Source: Raillietiella orientalis (Eukaryota). From it: a DNA stretch of 64,000 bases. Shown here in pieces: positions 35,400 to 49,250 of this stretch. The notes beneath the pieces were generated by a model that was given only the letters and a program-made list of their open reading frames with translations, searched no databases and had not been told where the DNA came from. Position numbers and translations under genes: made by a program. Position 1 is the stretch's first letter; each line of letters opens with the position of its first letter. Where the stretch lies: NCBI GenBank assembly GCA_036172245.1, contig JAYWIR010000003.1:6014001-6078000 (forward strand), read 5' to 3'.

Positions 35400-38300
35400 A
35401 TGCATTCATAATATGCCAAGTTGTTTGCAAAGCATCAATTGCAATTATGTTCTACTTATTATCCAGCTTTCCATATTTCATTACTCTGGCTACTTGGGAT
35501 ACATCCGACACCGCTTTCTTTTGTAATTATTTGCGATACTGTGTTCTTTCAAAAGAAATCTGAAACGAGTTGTGAAATGGCGTTCGCATCCATGATGTGG
35601 AAAGCGTTTCCGGAAAGAGTGATCTTTCCAGGCCATCCAGAAGTCATTAATGATTGCTCCTCGGGAAAAGAATGCTTCGGATGAAACTGAAACTCTGAGC
35701 GCAGGACTCTGTTTGAAAGGCAGGAAACAAACGTACACCGGATGATCATTTTGTGCACGAGTTCTTCTGCTGTATACAACTGCGTTCAAATGGAATAGGA
35801 AGAAAACGAACGTGACGTTGGATCCAGAGTGCATCTTGCCTTGGATCCAGCATCACTTGAGGGATGCTGAAAATTCAACTCCCGCGTTCCCCCGTGACGC
35901 GCCCCTGAGACAGAAGGTTGTCTTCTGACTTCTAGATGATGAGTATAGTCAAAGAATTTCCCCGATTCGAGGGGAGGGGAACACGAGAAAATGATTGCGA
36001 AATAGTAAATAAGTGCACATTGGGAAGGAGTTCGTCATCCTCTGTCAATGCCATCAGCAAAAATAGCGCGGCACTGTCACGGCGGGCGACAAAAAAGAAC
36101 TGGCGCCTCCTCTCCTCCCCAAAAGCCTTGTCTGGGGGTTGTCTTTTCGTCAGAGTCCGTGACGGATGCTCAGAGTAGGTTTCCAAGCCTATGGGTCCAG
36201 CGAGCACACGCTCAACCCGGGCTCTCCACCGGCTGCTGAGATGATCTCCGCGTTTCTGGCGGATGAAAAGTGCAAGACGGCGAGGAGGAAGGCGTTGAAT
36301 GTGGGCGCGACAAACATTGGGAACATTTCTTCCCAGAGATCAACCAGGCCCGACCGGCAGGAAGAAAGTCAACCTACCCCAGCAAGGCGCAAAATGCATT
36401 TTCTCCGTCGCTGGGAACTGACGAGCTATAAGTTGCAGATATAGAAATCTATCGTCTCAAACGGTGCCGTGAAGCGTCAAGGGTTTTGTTCTTCCTTGTC
36501 GAATACGAATCTTGATGAGATCTTCGCACTTTCGGAATACGCACGTTTCCAGTGGTGGAGTGACGTTTTATTTCTCGAGACATGCAGGGAGGCTCACGTC
36601 GGAAGCAAAAGTCAAAATCCAGAGGGGAAAAAAAAAAAAGAAAAAAAATAGCAGCAAGCCAGATTCCAAAGATGTTTCGAAGATTCTTCAGGAACAAAGG
36701 ATGACTTGTCTGCATTCTTGTTTCCCTTCATACGTTATGTTTCGCTGATGCGAAAGCTTTCCGTGGGTGTACCAGATGTAATCCTCCACCGACTCACTGT
36801 GCCTCACGACTTTTTCAGCTCATCTTGATCGAGTTTTCCAAGCGAAAACTCGGGGAACTTCGAGTAGAACACTCTCCTGGATAACCTTATAGGACTGCTG
36901 CAAACAACCGGTGGCTCGTTGCCATACCTTCACGAATGAAGATGTAGCAAAAATCCATTATAGATCGCAGAGAAACCAAAGTCGACTAGTGGATATTGGC
37001 AGCATTCTTGCGCTGGCGCATTCATATCAGTAGTAGTAGTCGCTACTACGAAAGGGCCTGAAGATCGCACCCTCGAAGATTCGTTTAAAGTGTAGCTGTA
37101 ACAATGTGGTTGATCCTTCAGGAAGGATGCAGCAACGTCTTGCATCACCTGCATTAGCTGCGTCCCAGCTTCGGATGAGAAGAATCGTTCGGTATGGCTT
37201 AAAAAAAGACAATTCATTAACACTAAACACTTTTTCAGACAAAGATGTGAAACTCCTTGTTCAGAGCTTCCTTAAGAGAATAACGAAAATTCGTGATTCA
37301 ATGGAACCCACACACTTTAAGACCTTTTATATAGTGCAGTGTGTGAGGCGTGCGTGTGTGCGAATGACGAAGCTTTTGATTTTTTTTTTTTTTTCGATTA
37401 TCTCGGAGGGAGGTACAGCGCAGCTCCTACATCAGAGTGATGCAATGCAATCTAGGTAGGGTTTCAGCCAAGAGTGTTTAGTTATGATTTCAGTAGCTGT
37501 ATGCTCAGGAACCTGGTATCTCAATACATTGTAAGACAGTTCATGATCATAATTCATTCTGTTAACATGTGCCCATCATTCATCAAGGTATTCCCGTATC
37601 AAGGCAATTTTGAAACGTGCAAACATGAGGCGAGATAAGTCAGCAGCAGAAGATGGTGGACGAAGTAAAAACTGCAACTTTTAACGCGGCAGGGCTCACG
37701 GATCCGCTCACGTCCCGACTGGACCGAGACGATCCCGCGTCCACTACTATTCAGGCGTGGACTTTGCCTCCCGTGAACCATCGATGGCCGGGTACCACTT
37801 TAGACGCGTTTGTAACCTGACTTGTGGTAAAATTTTCCATTCCCTACAAGTGGAAGACTGGAGGGCTCCATAAAATAGAACGCATTCTCGCATTTTCGAT
37901 TTCGTGGCTTCCTCACGCTGTTGCCGATATCGCTTCTTGGCGTTCCTGGACCTTCTGTTTCAGTGAACCTGCAGCCCCGGAGATGCTGTATCTCACGCAG
38001 CAGCTTGGAAACGGGGCTGGGGCAGCACGAAACAAAGTCGCGAATTAAAAGAAGTCAAAAACAACATGAAATTTTTGATGTAACTATAATGCGAAGCAAT
38101 GATAAGATGGAATTTCGCAGTGTGTGTATCGGGGGGGTCTTTACGGATGCATGGTAAAACACGTACGTTTACCAATTGTATGCCATACGTCATTGGTGAC
38201 CACTGGCATCGTGGTCTGACGCATTCTTGCGGCAAAGAAAATCGGACTTTGAATGACCGAGGCAGGCTGAAAAATTAAAGTTGCTCTTGTTTTAAACTGT

Positions 38301-38400
38301 GGTGGAGTCTGCAGCGTTTGTGATGGGGCTGCTGTTCTCCCACTGCAAATAGGCACGGCCTAGCCACTCTCCAGGAAAAATTCTGAAAGGCGCGCTGCAA
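35400..38400 (-). mobile_element. Decayed Utopia-like copy spanning RT through RLE in colinear order
   Basis: VLPCIRKDPP...FHLIIASHYSYIKNF...SRL (RT1-2, ORF 37993-38235), LSHTERFFSSEAGTQLMQ...CQYPLVDFGF (RT5-7, ORF 36930-37223), PPDKAFG...QFFF (cf. KPDQGKAF...SN.F, ORF 35932-36207), and CFLPFKQ and NAFHIMDA (RLE-like). Confidence 0.65.
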
Positions 38401-39021
38401 AACGTGGGCACGAAAAAAAAAAAAAAAATTTAGAACTTGTTCTGCTTCCATAATAGTAATTCTAAAGAGTTACTCAGATTTGTATTGAAATATGCCAAAA
38501 ACAAGTTTGTGCAACTTTACACTAAAAATGCATTTTTTGTGTGTGTGTTTGTTTTTACTCAAAAGTCGTCGTTTTCAAATTCAGTTGATTACCCTATTTC
38601 TGGGATTTCAAGGTATTTTCAAAACATTTTTGACATTTCTGACCGAAATTCCCGCCTGTTAACTCCAAATGAAGTGCACAGGTGACAGACTCTCAAGTAA
38701 CTTGATTTATTCAACCGGTTCATGATTACCGGTGTTTACATTAAAATATTCATATAACTATGGGATGTCAAGCTTCCAGTTCTCGGTAATTCATGATTTC
38801 AGTGTAAACACAGTGATATAAGAAATAGACGATAAACATGCTCTATCCGCGAAAGAGCTGCAGCACCAAGAAAGGAAAGGAAAAAAAAAAAATAAAATAA
38901 AATAAAATAATAATACCCAAAAAGGAAAAAAAGCAGTATTTACGATCGCGGGTCTAAAGCGCACCAAAAAGCAGCTAAGGCACTTGACTAGAACATACAG
39001 CTGCACTGGGACAATGATTTT

Positions 39022-42000
39022 TCAATAAAAAATACTTCCGGGGGTCTCTCGGGATGCCTGCATGGACCCCGCGTGAGAGCTCAGTAATAATTGTCCAGGA
39101 GTAGCAATCTGCAGTAGCAGTCCTGTATTGGAGGCGGGCAGCGCGGCCACGGGGCTCAGCAGAGCAGTACCCATTACCGACATGGATGGTAGCAGAATGG
39201 GCACATTCTGTATGAAATTTACGGGTTGAAGCAAAGTTGTTGCCGTGGGAGCAAACATCATGGGGCTCGACGTGTGCGTTCCTGCTTGTAATAACGAAGC
39301 CACGGATTGGCTGGGAGCTTTCCGCTTTTTCGGTCTTTTGCTCCTCATGGCACTGCAGGAACGGGAGGCCGTTCCCGACTCAGACAGAGGGGTGCCGGGA
39401 ACTATCTGCAAGCTCAACGTCTGTGGCATAACTACGGGATTAACGATTTGCACTACAGGCTGACTGAGTACTTGTACCGCGGGAACGAGAGCCGACGATG
39501 TATCTTTAGAAGGGGACAGTAACGTGATGTGATGCTGGAGCAGCGCGGTTTGCTGTGCCAGATATTCGCTGGGATTATCCAGGAACGATGGACCGGACTG
39601 GATCTTATGCGATGGTTCCACGGTGCCGAGGGACTCTGGCACCCTCTGCATGTCTTTGGGACCGAAAGTGGAACTCGGAACCACATCCGAGCGCGACGTC
39701 GTCTCCACCGTCGCTGCCATCCCATTGTGACCGACGACTTCTTTGCGCCTCTTGATGGCTGCAACGTTTTCTGAAAGCACACGGAAAGTTATGCACATGG
39801 ATGGGATTCCAGGTGCGATGCATATTGGCATCCGATCCCAATCACGCAACAGATGTTTGATACCACAATAAAATCATGCGGAATGGCTTGCTGGAGCTTC
39901 GTGCGGGGATGCACAACGGAAAAAAAAAAAAAAATTGCAAGCTGGCAACACTGCACTCACCTATTCCATCATTCGCCACATGTCGGCACGAACGAGCTGC
40001 AGTGCTCAACAGGCCCGATGTGCTCTGACAAAAGGAAAACAGAGGTCAGGCAGCTGAAAGAGCTGTTTTCCACTTACTTCAGGATTAAAGTTGAAAAGTT
40101 TGTCAACTTGAAAGGGGCACGGCAGACCACACTTGCAGGTGCCATTACTGGACAGGTAGGCACACACGTCTTGAACAGAATGCAAATATGCGTTGCTGGG
40201 ACTGAGGGAGGAAACAGAAAATAAGGGAACCACAGTGGAACAAGGGATATCAAAAAAAAAAAAAAAAAAATTCCAAATGCTGCGTGGAAACATTTTCGGA
40301 AAATGGAATTCGAAAGTCCGAAGAGCAAACGGAATCTTTTTCATCTTTAAATGATGAGAGTGACTGCTCGTGAGACATGCAGAAAGCAAAAAAAGCCGTA
40401 CAGATCGTACGTCTGCCATTATGCTATGTACATGTGGAAGAACCGGGCGCCTGTTACAAACCAAACTGAGTAGGAAATGAAAAAAATCTCGGAATCTTGG
40501 TCAAAAAAAAAAAAAAAACCCACGAACGTGTAAACATATGTACACGCGGGGGCAACACACACACACACACACACACACACACCTTCATGTGAACAATTTC
40601 ATATTATTGACTGAATGAACATTTATGCTGTTCATCCCTTATGCGTGGGCAAAAATGATTGCTGACGGTCTCCGAGCTAAAAGGCATTAACCTTAGTTGA
40701 TATGTTCATCCAAGGCGCTACGGTGAAATTCCCCTTCGAAAAAGGAAGAAAAAAAAAAAAAAAACTGCTGCAGGGTGTAAAAAAAAAAAAAAAAAAAAAA
40801 GAAAATTCGAAAATATCTTCTCGTGAGGCTACTGTCCAATCGCTAGGAAACACATAATTGAAGGTGAACGCGATTACATATTTAGAATAAGTCTACCGTG
40901 ACTACCCGACGTCTTTGGAGCGCCTGAGGGAAACGCTTGCTGCAGTCTCCACAGAGTAGCGATTACACAAGGAAGAGCGCCAAAAGTTTGAATACTTAAC
41001 GATTTCCGGCACGACGAAATGATGGTGCAGAGCCTCGGATGGAAGGCAGAGATCTATGGCATGCAATTCGTAAATGCATGCAGTGAGGTGTTATTGATAT
41101 GCAACAAGAAAGTAAATAAAGAAAATCGCGAATTTCACGCGGGATAAAACATGTTGCTCTATTCATCGTCGCAACCTTTTGCTACTTTTTTTATAATTCG
41201 ATACTTTTGTCAGCATCTGGTCATCCTGGATGCAAACATTGTGTGTGTGTGTGTGTGTGTGTACAGTTTTCAAGACAAAATTTACAGGCATTCTTGTTTC
41301 AAGTATGGGAACATTCAAAGCTTTTATCGGCGGACGAGTGTTTTCATTATTTTTTACATTTTAAAAGTAACCGAGTACCGAGTACTTTTGGTTTATTACT
41401 TTGTTTCCGATGCAGCTCAAACATCCCATACTTACCTTACATAAACCACAGCACCCTCACATATGAGTCGTGTCCATCCTAAAGGCACACTTGTGTGATA
41501 CACTGATTCTTGCGTTTTCGATTTGCCATGAGAATCATACTTTGATGATGAATCACCTGGTTTACTAGCAGGCATTTGATCTCTTGAATGATGGAAATAT
41601 GAAACATGACGAGTAGTAACACAAGATGTGTTATGAAAAGGTCTACTTTGGTCAGTCATAGATCGGTACAACAAGGATTCTTCACGATGCAGCTGATAAC
41701 AGGGATCACTAAAGGATGCATCAAAAGGTGCTTCACAAGGATACCAATGATTCCGGGGAGCTACCTGCTCATTATGACTGTCAGCACTCAAGCTACTACA
41801 ACTGGATTCAGAACGTACACTTTCACAAGAAGTTGCAATGCTACCAGGGATATCATCAACCTTATCTACTACATCACTAGTCACTTGCTTTGGTATAACC
41901 ATATCTGTATTGTCACTCTGAACATGCAAGCTAGGATATGGCCTTACATGGCATTCTTCCTGATAAGGAGATAAATTACCAAGAGAGGGGTTACACTGCA

Positions 42001-42382
42001 GCATTAGTGCATGAGAATCAACTTGGGATTTAGGATGAGATTCAGGAAGACTCATAATTGCAGGAAAAGGATCTAGTGTATCAAACAAAGGACTGTATGC
42101 ATGATCAGATGATTTAGTATTATACACTGTACTGCTGAAGGGATTGTTTAGAGGAAAATGACCCATTTTGTTATTGATATCACCTAGCTGGATACTGCTG
42201 AAAGATGCAAAACTGGAATCCAAATCTACTTTGGAGAAGGTCTTGTTGGTTGAATTGCAATTGGTCACAGAAAGAGGATAGCATAGCATTGGTAGACAGG
42301 ACTTTACATTGGTATGGGCTGTGGTTGGCAAACTATTCACTAAATAAGGAGAACCACACGATACACTAATACTGCTGGGCAT
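39022..42382 (-). CDS. MBD5: MBD5/MBD6-like (six-banded-like) methyl-CpG-binding-domain family protein
   Basis: Exons ~42382-41436, 40201-40078, 40024-39961 and 39770-39022 (GT-AG, phases compatible). The spliced domain VPLGWTRLICEGAVVYVS|PSNAYLHSVQDVCAYLSSNGTCKCGLPCPFQVDKLFNFNP matches the MBD5/6 signature GTCKCGL.CP...FNF. Start and C-terminus are less certain. Confidence 0.85.
40555..40582. repeat. Short (AC)n microsatellite in the intron of the MBD5-like gene
   Basis: Directly visible AC run. Confidence 0.9.
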
Positions 42383-43979
42383 AGGGCAGCACAATACTTC
42401 TTATTATTACCTCTTGGGCATCAGCCACTACTATAAGAAGTATCTAATATGGAAAAACAATCTCTAAAATCCATAAGCTTTCCGCATTTGAAGGCTAATA
42501 CTGCAATAATCTCATATCTATTCATCTTTGAATCATTCTTATGTGATTCACTTCTTTAAATGAATACAATTTGCACTATGGCTGTTCCAAAAATGTACAA
42601 AGAAACGACACACACATGAAGTTTTTGTGCATATATATATCACTACATAATACTTAAGTTTTTTTAATGAAAATAATCTGGAAATAAATTACAGAAATGC
42701 ATACTTATTCACAACGAAAACTCGCAAAATGAAGTTTCGAACAACACATTAAGCTCATGAAAAATGAACATCTAGGACGATAAATGTATAATACCACATA
42801 AAACAATACATTCCGATAAAGTCGTGGTGTTCTCGGTCATGAATAAATTGGAGCTACCTGAAACTCGAGCATCAGTACAAGGAAATCAAAAAATTAAACA
42901 AACAAACAAACAAACACAAAAAAAAAAAATCGCTACAAAGTTTTACTTTTAGAAAAAATCGAAGAATCGATTAAATTTCATTTAAATTCAAAAATATGAT
43001 CATGGATAAAACCCACGATAGCAAGCAAACCGCAGTGAAGCAAACCATCGCAACGGCACAATTAGAAAACGTGACCAAGATGTGAAAAACTTCGGTTCGA
43101 GCACGAATTTCTGAAGCGTTTTACAATTCGTTAGCAAATGAATGGATGAAAACATAAACTTACATGATAAATTACGCTAATTATTTCGGATATATCAGTA
43201 CTACCACCAACATGAAACAATAAACGTGTAAAAAAAAAAAAAAAAAAAAAATACGATCTCTAGCAGTCAAGTGTTCGGAAACGTTGCTGCAAACGATTCC
43301 CATAAAAACGATTTTGTAGGTGAACTGAAACGGCACACTGAGGTTTTGAGTTTCCACTCTGCACCGTATTGAAATATTTGCTAACATGCCCTAATTTCAC
43401 AGAACTAAAATTACGCTGGACTCCCACACGTAACACCTGCTCGTGAAGTGCCATCACGGTTCCCACTGTAACTGCTCCCAGACATTGTGCCTCCAGACAA
43501 TCATTGCTGTATGGGAATGCAAACTATAATGGCGCAATTTTTATTGGAGAAACTAGTTTATTGCGTTATCAGCAGAATTTCGATCCGCCCGTGAGACGAA
43601 ATCAAATCGGGATGGCAACTGCCTCTTCCTCATCCTAAATTGCATAAATTTGCTCAAACTGCTTTCTATAATGGTGGTATGTTTTATCCCAAACATTGGT
43701 AAACAAAATACAATCCACGTATCGTCCAAGTGTACTTGCAAAGTACAGGTCTCACAATCAATGCTCGAACATTTCTGCCTCCGACGAAATCATTTGTGTA
43801 AATAGATCATCTCCAATTTTTTTTCTTTTTCTTTTTTTCTTTTTTGCATTTAGAGTGATGGGAGTTGAAATAAGAGCTTTCTTAGCAAAGGTTGCGGGTA
43901 ACTCGAATTTCAGGGTTTCATGCAATACATCTATGGGAAGGAGATTCGCCTTCGGATAAAAAGAAAAATAAAAAAATGC

Positions 43980-45010
43980 AAACTCGCGCCGATCTCCAAA
44001 AATCCCAACTACTTATGTGAATGTATATTTAAGACGTGATTTCAGGTGATTATCGAATGTTTTGCATCCTCAAATCCATTGACTTTCAAGTTTGGGGGGA
44101 TTTGCGACTTTGGCGTAATTTGCGATTAAGAAAGGAAAAATTGTAAGAAATCAACCAAATGAGCAGTTAAAAAAACGCTGCCAGTTTTTGTTTTTGTTTT
44201 TGTTTTTTCACGAATTCAATCAAGTTGTCATTCTTTCGATAGTTTTTTTGCCCGGATGCCAACCTTCTTTTCTTTTCTTTTTTTTGACGTTCTGATTATT
44301 CTTCCTATCGACGTTCATGGATCATGAATAGAATGTCTCACTTTCTCCGTAATTCTCTTTGCCCTCAAGAATAATTAACAAAAGGGTATAGAATACTTAG
44401 ATCGAAAGGAAGTAGCTCAGCTAACTAAAAAACCAACAAACGTCCAGTCGGAGTTCATGAGAGTTTTGATTCACTGGCTCCCTTCTACGATCCAACTCTG
44501 CCCAGGATTCCTGTTTGCATGTCCTTATTGATCAAATTTTCCTGTGAATCGCACTGATGGGATTTGCGGGTTAGCCTGTTGGCGAACACTCCTGGAAAAA
44601 ATTCCCGACGTGGACGCGGCGCCAGACACCGACTCTCCCTGTCCTCGTTCCTGGATGGCGACGAGATGTGGCGCATGGTCCAGGACAGCGGTCCTGGCGG
44701 ACGCGGCGCAGCTCGCGGAAGGCCCAAGATACACGGATGCCGGGCGAGCTAATCTGGAATCGTCTACAAATTTCCTTTTGTTTGTCAGCTGATAGAGGCT
44801 CGTCTCCCGTTTTCCGAGAATTCCCGCAAAAATGAACGGAGGCAATCCTCGCGCGATGAATTCGAAACACTCTTCTTGGACGCTTTTCAGGGTCACTCGA
44901 GACAGCATAGCGTGGCAAACATGACTCTGAAGTTTTCGAAGCGGCTGTGTTTTTATTATCGTCAGACCTCTCGTAATGTTGAAAATGAATTAGAAAAGAT
45001 AATGCCTTCT
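43980..45010 (-). mobile_element. Decayed Utopia-like CCHC/RLE 3' fragment
   Basis: RVFRIHRARIASVHFCG (cf. WRFIHRARLN.VP.NG, ORF 44571-45014), AVLDHAPHLVAIQER (cf. HVLNHC..H..AI..RH), IPF at ~44385 and an SR.IY..HI-like terminus at ~44015-44040. Confidence 0.75.
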
Positions 45011-45899
45011 TCATCGTGGTTCGCCCGAAGAGTGCATTTACGAAAAGGGTAAAAGAGGTAAATCAGGATTAACGAAGAGAATACAATGAAGTTGCGCGAG
45101 AACATCGGTAATCCACAAACGCAGAAAAAACATTCTCTTTTTCCATATGGAAAGCAATTTATCAGAATACTTTAATGCTGACGGATTCTGCAGTTCGTTT
45201 TGATCGGAGATTGCCACTCAAACCCCCCCGCGTTTATTTCAAAAGAAACTTGCAGTCTCATCGTCTGTTTGCTTTTCTTTCTCTCCTTTTCTTTTTTCTG
45301 TCCACTATTCTATTTCCATTAATAATTGAGGAAAGAAAAAAAAAAACGAGTGCAAAACTTTAGGGTGATTTTTTTTCTCTCACAACGTAGAAACGAATTC
45401 TAGGAAGTCTTATGTTTCAAAAGAAATTTACTATCAAGATTGAATAAAAAAGAAAATCTCTTCATCAGATCCTTTTAATGGATCATAGTAACATTGCATG
45501 AGATCTTACAGTAATTCTTCTAATGAATGGAACATATAAAAAGAGTCTTGACACGTGCGGTTAACAGAATTTTTTTTAAAAAAAAAAAAAAAAAAAAACA
45601 CAGTTGTTCTTTTGGCTAATTTTTGGGTGCATTTTTTTTTTTTTAAAGTAATACTGAAGAGTTCCTGATAACGGATCAGATGCGCGGAAATGAGTCATAT
45701 ACGTTTTAGTACAATATGAACCCTACTTCCATTTTAGACAGAGTGTATTTTAAAATCGATATGCCCATATGAATTTTATTATCATTGGCATTTTGAATGC
45801 ATATCTTCCTGCCCTAATGATGAAACATTTTCTCGTCAATATTCATACCGAGTTAGCATTTATTTAACAGCAATTCTAGGTTGATTTTCCTTTAACAAG

Positions 45900-47130
45900 G
45901 AGTCAAAGGTCAATCATCGTCCTGGTCCCAAGATCCTAGAACAGTCGTTCTAGGAATGTCTAATTCCAAACTTTGGCCGGCAGAGTAACGTCTCTGCACC
46001 ATTCCATCCCGACGTCTCCACAGCTTGGCGCCTCTACACCCTATTCAAGATAGCACTCCATTAAAAGACGATTACAAGACAAGTAGGTGCATTGGCTAAA
46101 TATTCGATAGGAAACTTCCTTCATCATTCAGTTTGCGATTCTGATGGATTTCAAAGTTGAAAATAACCGTCATCACCTCTCACCTGACATGAGCATAGCA
46201 ATCACCTACAGCCATTTTCCACCAACACATTTAATCTGTTTGACATACTCTTCCATCACGAAATGGAACTGGGTATGCCTCTGCACATCTTCAGAGGTGA
46301 GGTACTAGGTGATAGGTCGGGTGCGGACTATATAGATGTACGGCAGGAATAAAATGCAAGACATGAACTTATGAAGGAAAAAGAAAAATGATTTCGAGCA
46401 CATCTTTCATACAGGTGTTATCGCTCTTTCCGTTGAAATACTCTCTGTCTGTGAGGTTCTTGAAAGAAATTGTGGCCAAACCGATCAACATGCAACGTTA
46501 CGTGACTTTGCGATTCTGCTGAGCCTCCTGTTTTTAGTTTTCAAGTTTTTTTTTTTGTTCGTGCCTCCACTTTCGACAGAACGATCCAACCGAAAATTCG
46601 ATCCGAGGTCTGTCCGCTGCAACCCATTGGGTTTCATTTGTCTGTTCCAACGAGAGCAAGACTTTCCTGCTACCTTGGAGATCTTTGAATTTCAGGAAGC
46701 ATCATAGGATCAGAATTTATGCTTCATGAATAAATATTGCTGTCAACCCCAAAAGGGAATCGTGATGTCCAATCTCTCATTAGATACTTTCAATGAATTC
46801 TAATAGCAATCCGTTCGAGGTGGCAGAAGCTCTTCGGATGAAGAGGACACGTTAAAGACAATCCCATCTACATAATGTTGATGAGAATGATGTTTCCGAA
46901 TTCCTTTGGTCTTGAAAACTCTTGTATGTCTGCAGAGCTACCACGAAGCACAAGGAAGAGGAAAAAAGACAAAACGAAGTGCACAAATGAGTGTATCTCT
47001 GTAAGACTTGTGCATTTCGTTGTGTGTACGGACATGGCTCCTTCCATCAAACGTACTTAACCTTGGAGATCCCTGGATCGACGCATTCGATTTGAATCTC
47101 GTCCAAACCTCGTTCTTTGAAACCATCCTC
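45900..47130 (-). mobile_element. Decayed Utopia-like RT N-terminal fragment
   Basis: EVWTRFKSNASIQG (cf. EV..RL...NTAPG, ORF 46938-47126) followed by degenerate EH.F.L and LALV.TD segments at 46630-46760. Confidence 0.45.
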
Positions 47131-48299
47131 GCTGGACTTCGGATAAGTCACTCCCATCTCTATTCTGTTTTTCCCTGTCTCCTCATTCCAGTTAACAAAA
47201 CTGCAGTCCTGCAGTTCTTCCGCCTAACGCGGAAGAGGAAACCGGATCAGCGGTGGTTTGTGAAAAAGACAAGGTGCCAAGTTGAACTCTATCGCAGCAA
47301 GCAAATCTCTCTTTTGGGGTTCCCCTTTTTCAATAGTAGCACTATGCTGAAACGGAAACCGTTGCTATTGTGTGCTCTCGGTTTAAGATTTTAGCACCGA
47401 CAGTAGTAAAGTAGTAGACGTGACCAGATAGAGTGGTGCACATTAGATGGTTCTGCACTACAGTGCAATTATCCAGTCAACAAGAGTATGGTTACATGAG
47501 TATACAAGAGTAATCTCACACGAGCACGAGCACACTCCTGTGGTTATACCACCTATGATACAGAAGTTAGCTGACATTATGCCGCTCAGTATTGGAATGG
47601 CCAGAAATGACATTCTTCATCTAACTAACTTCAGATTTGGAACCCACAGCGATTGAAGCACATAAAGGAGTGACCATCTTACGTTCGAAAGAATCGAAAG
47701 AGCGGTGTGAAAGGGGAATTCGACACAGAATGGAAACCTGAATTTCTTCTTCATCAGAGTCTCGTCATGGCTCGGCCATGCCCTACAAGAGTATGACAAG
47801 TGCTTTCTCTACCAAGCAAAATAACTCATCCAAATGCATGCTGCTCTCAGCACATATTGGGTAGATGTCAAAACGAAAAGCACAAAGGAAGAACTAGGGG
47901 CTGCACTCGAAGAGACAATACTGCTGAATTATGCGATTAGCATCCACCATCACGTAATTCACTTGTCATTCAGTGCTTTCGACTAGAATTGCGAATAGAT
48001 GGTTCTTGAAAAGAGGAATTGCTGGCAAAATAAAAAATAAAAATCGAAACACGTAGACAGAGTATCTTGCGACTTTTACTGGTTCTACTGATGCTCCCCA
48101 CCCCCATCAGTTAAAAGGAAAAAAAAAAAAGGGAATCAGTGATTTTTTTTCCTTCTCTTATGTACATTACAACTATCTCAGGCATTTTAACTTCCCTCAT
48201 ACATTAGAATTTAAGAGCTAACCTTTTCATCTTACGTTGTCCACATTCGGTTGCTAAGCATGCTTTCCAGTGTTTTCCCACATGTGATTTTTTGGAACA

Positions 48300-49250
48300 T
48301 TCACACCCCAATGATGAAAAGAAGGAGTTCCTAACGCTCACTTACGTTTTCTTCCACGCGCTTCCTTTTCATTAACAAATTGAGAATAGAATGGGATACA
48401 GTTTGAAGTCGCTAAATCAATCCTGATTACTATGGATAGTTGGTAGCATTTCTCATGCCAAGAGCGCTGAAAATTGTCTTCGTTCATACGGTTTATTGAG
48501 CTAGTTGAGCCCCTGGCCTTCGGATTCAGTCTCAAATCCCACAGAGACGTGTTAAAAGAGGCTATCAATTTATGGGTCTAAATAAGCTGCGCCTAGAATA
48601 TCAAAATGGAATATAGCTTGTCTCGGGACGAAGAATACTTAAAGGATTTTCATAACAAATACGACAGATTGCCCGATCCAAAGACGAAACAAATTTCCCC
48701 ACAGAAAGTTGTACACCAACCCACGAGAAGACTGCTCAGCTTCCAATCAAGAGACGAATTTCTTTCTTTCTTTTTTTTTTTGAATTATTCGTTCAGCCTT
48801 AGATTTTCAATGCCCGAATGCCCAAGGGAATTCCCTCAACGAAGACACATGTGGAAAGGATATTCCCTGTTCCAAACCAGAGATCGTATTTGGAACAGTG
48901 AATTACATGAAACGAGATTTTCTGCATAGATGCAATCGGATTCAGTTTGTTTCTATGAGTTACCGTCTGAAATCTCTCTTGCAGTCGTTCCCTCAGGATG
49001 GCTGGCGCTCGTCGGGGCGGTAATAGTTCCCTCCAAGGAAGAACAAAAGAATGGAAATCAATGATCAGGTTGGCGAAAGTCTGATCTATGCTGGGGATTC
49101 AGAATTCCTGTTTCAAATCGGAGCCTCTCTCGTTGACAAGAACGTCTTGCCGAAAATTCAAAAAAAATGCCAACACTATGCACCTTCGAAGAGCATCCAT
49201 CTTTGGACCAAATTTGAGAATCCCTAATAGTGTCGGTGCACGCAGACATT
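48300..49250 (-). mobile_element. Decayed Utopia-like RT fragment
   Basis: DGCSSKVH...FSARRS (cf. GC.EH...ARR, ORF 49058-49249) and WDLRLNPKA (cf. GLRFNPKKC, ORF 48338-48568). Confidence 0.55.

Noticed and set aside
47720..47768. CTGATGA...GAAA hammerhead-like core on the minus strand
   Set aside because: No convincing stems I/III or NUH cleavage site could be formed.
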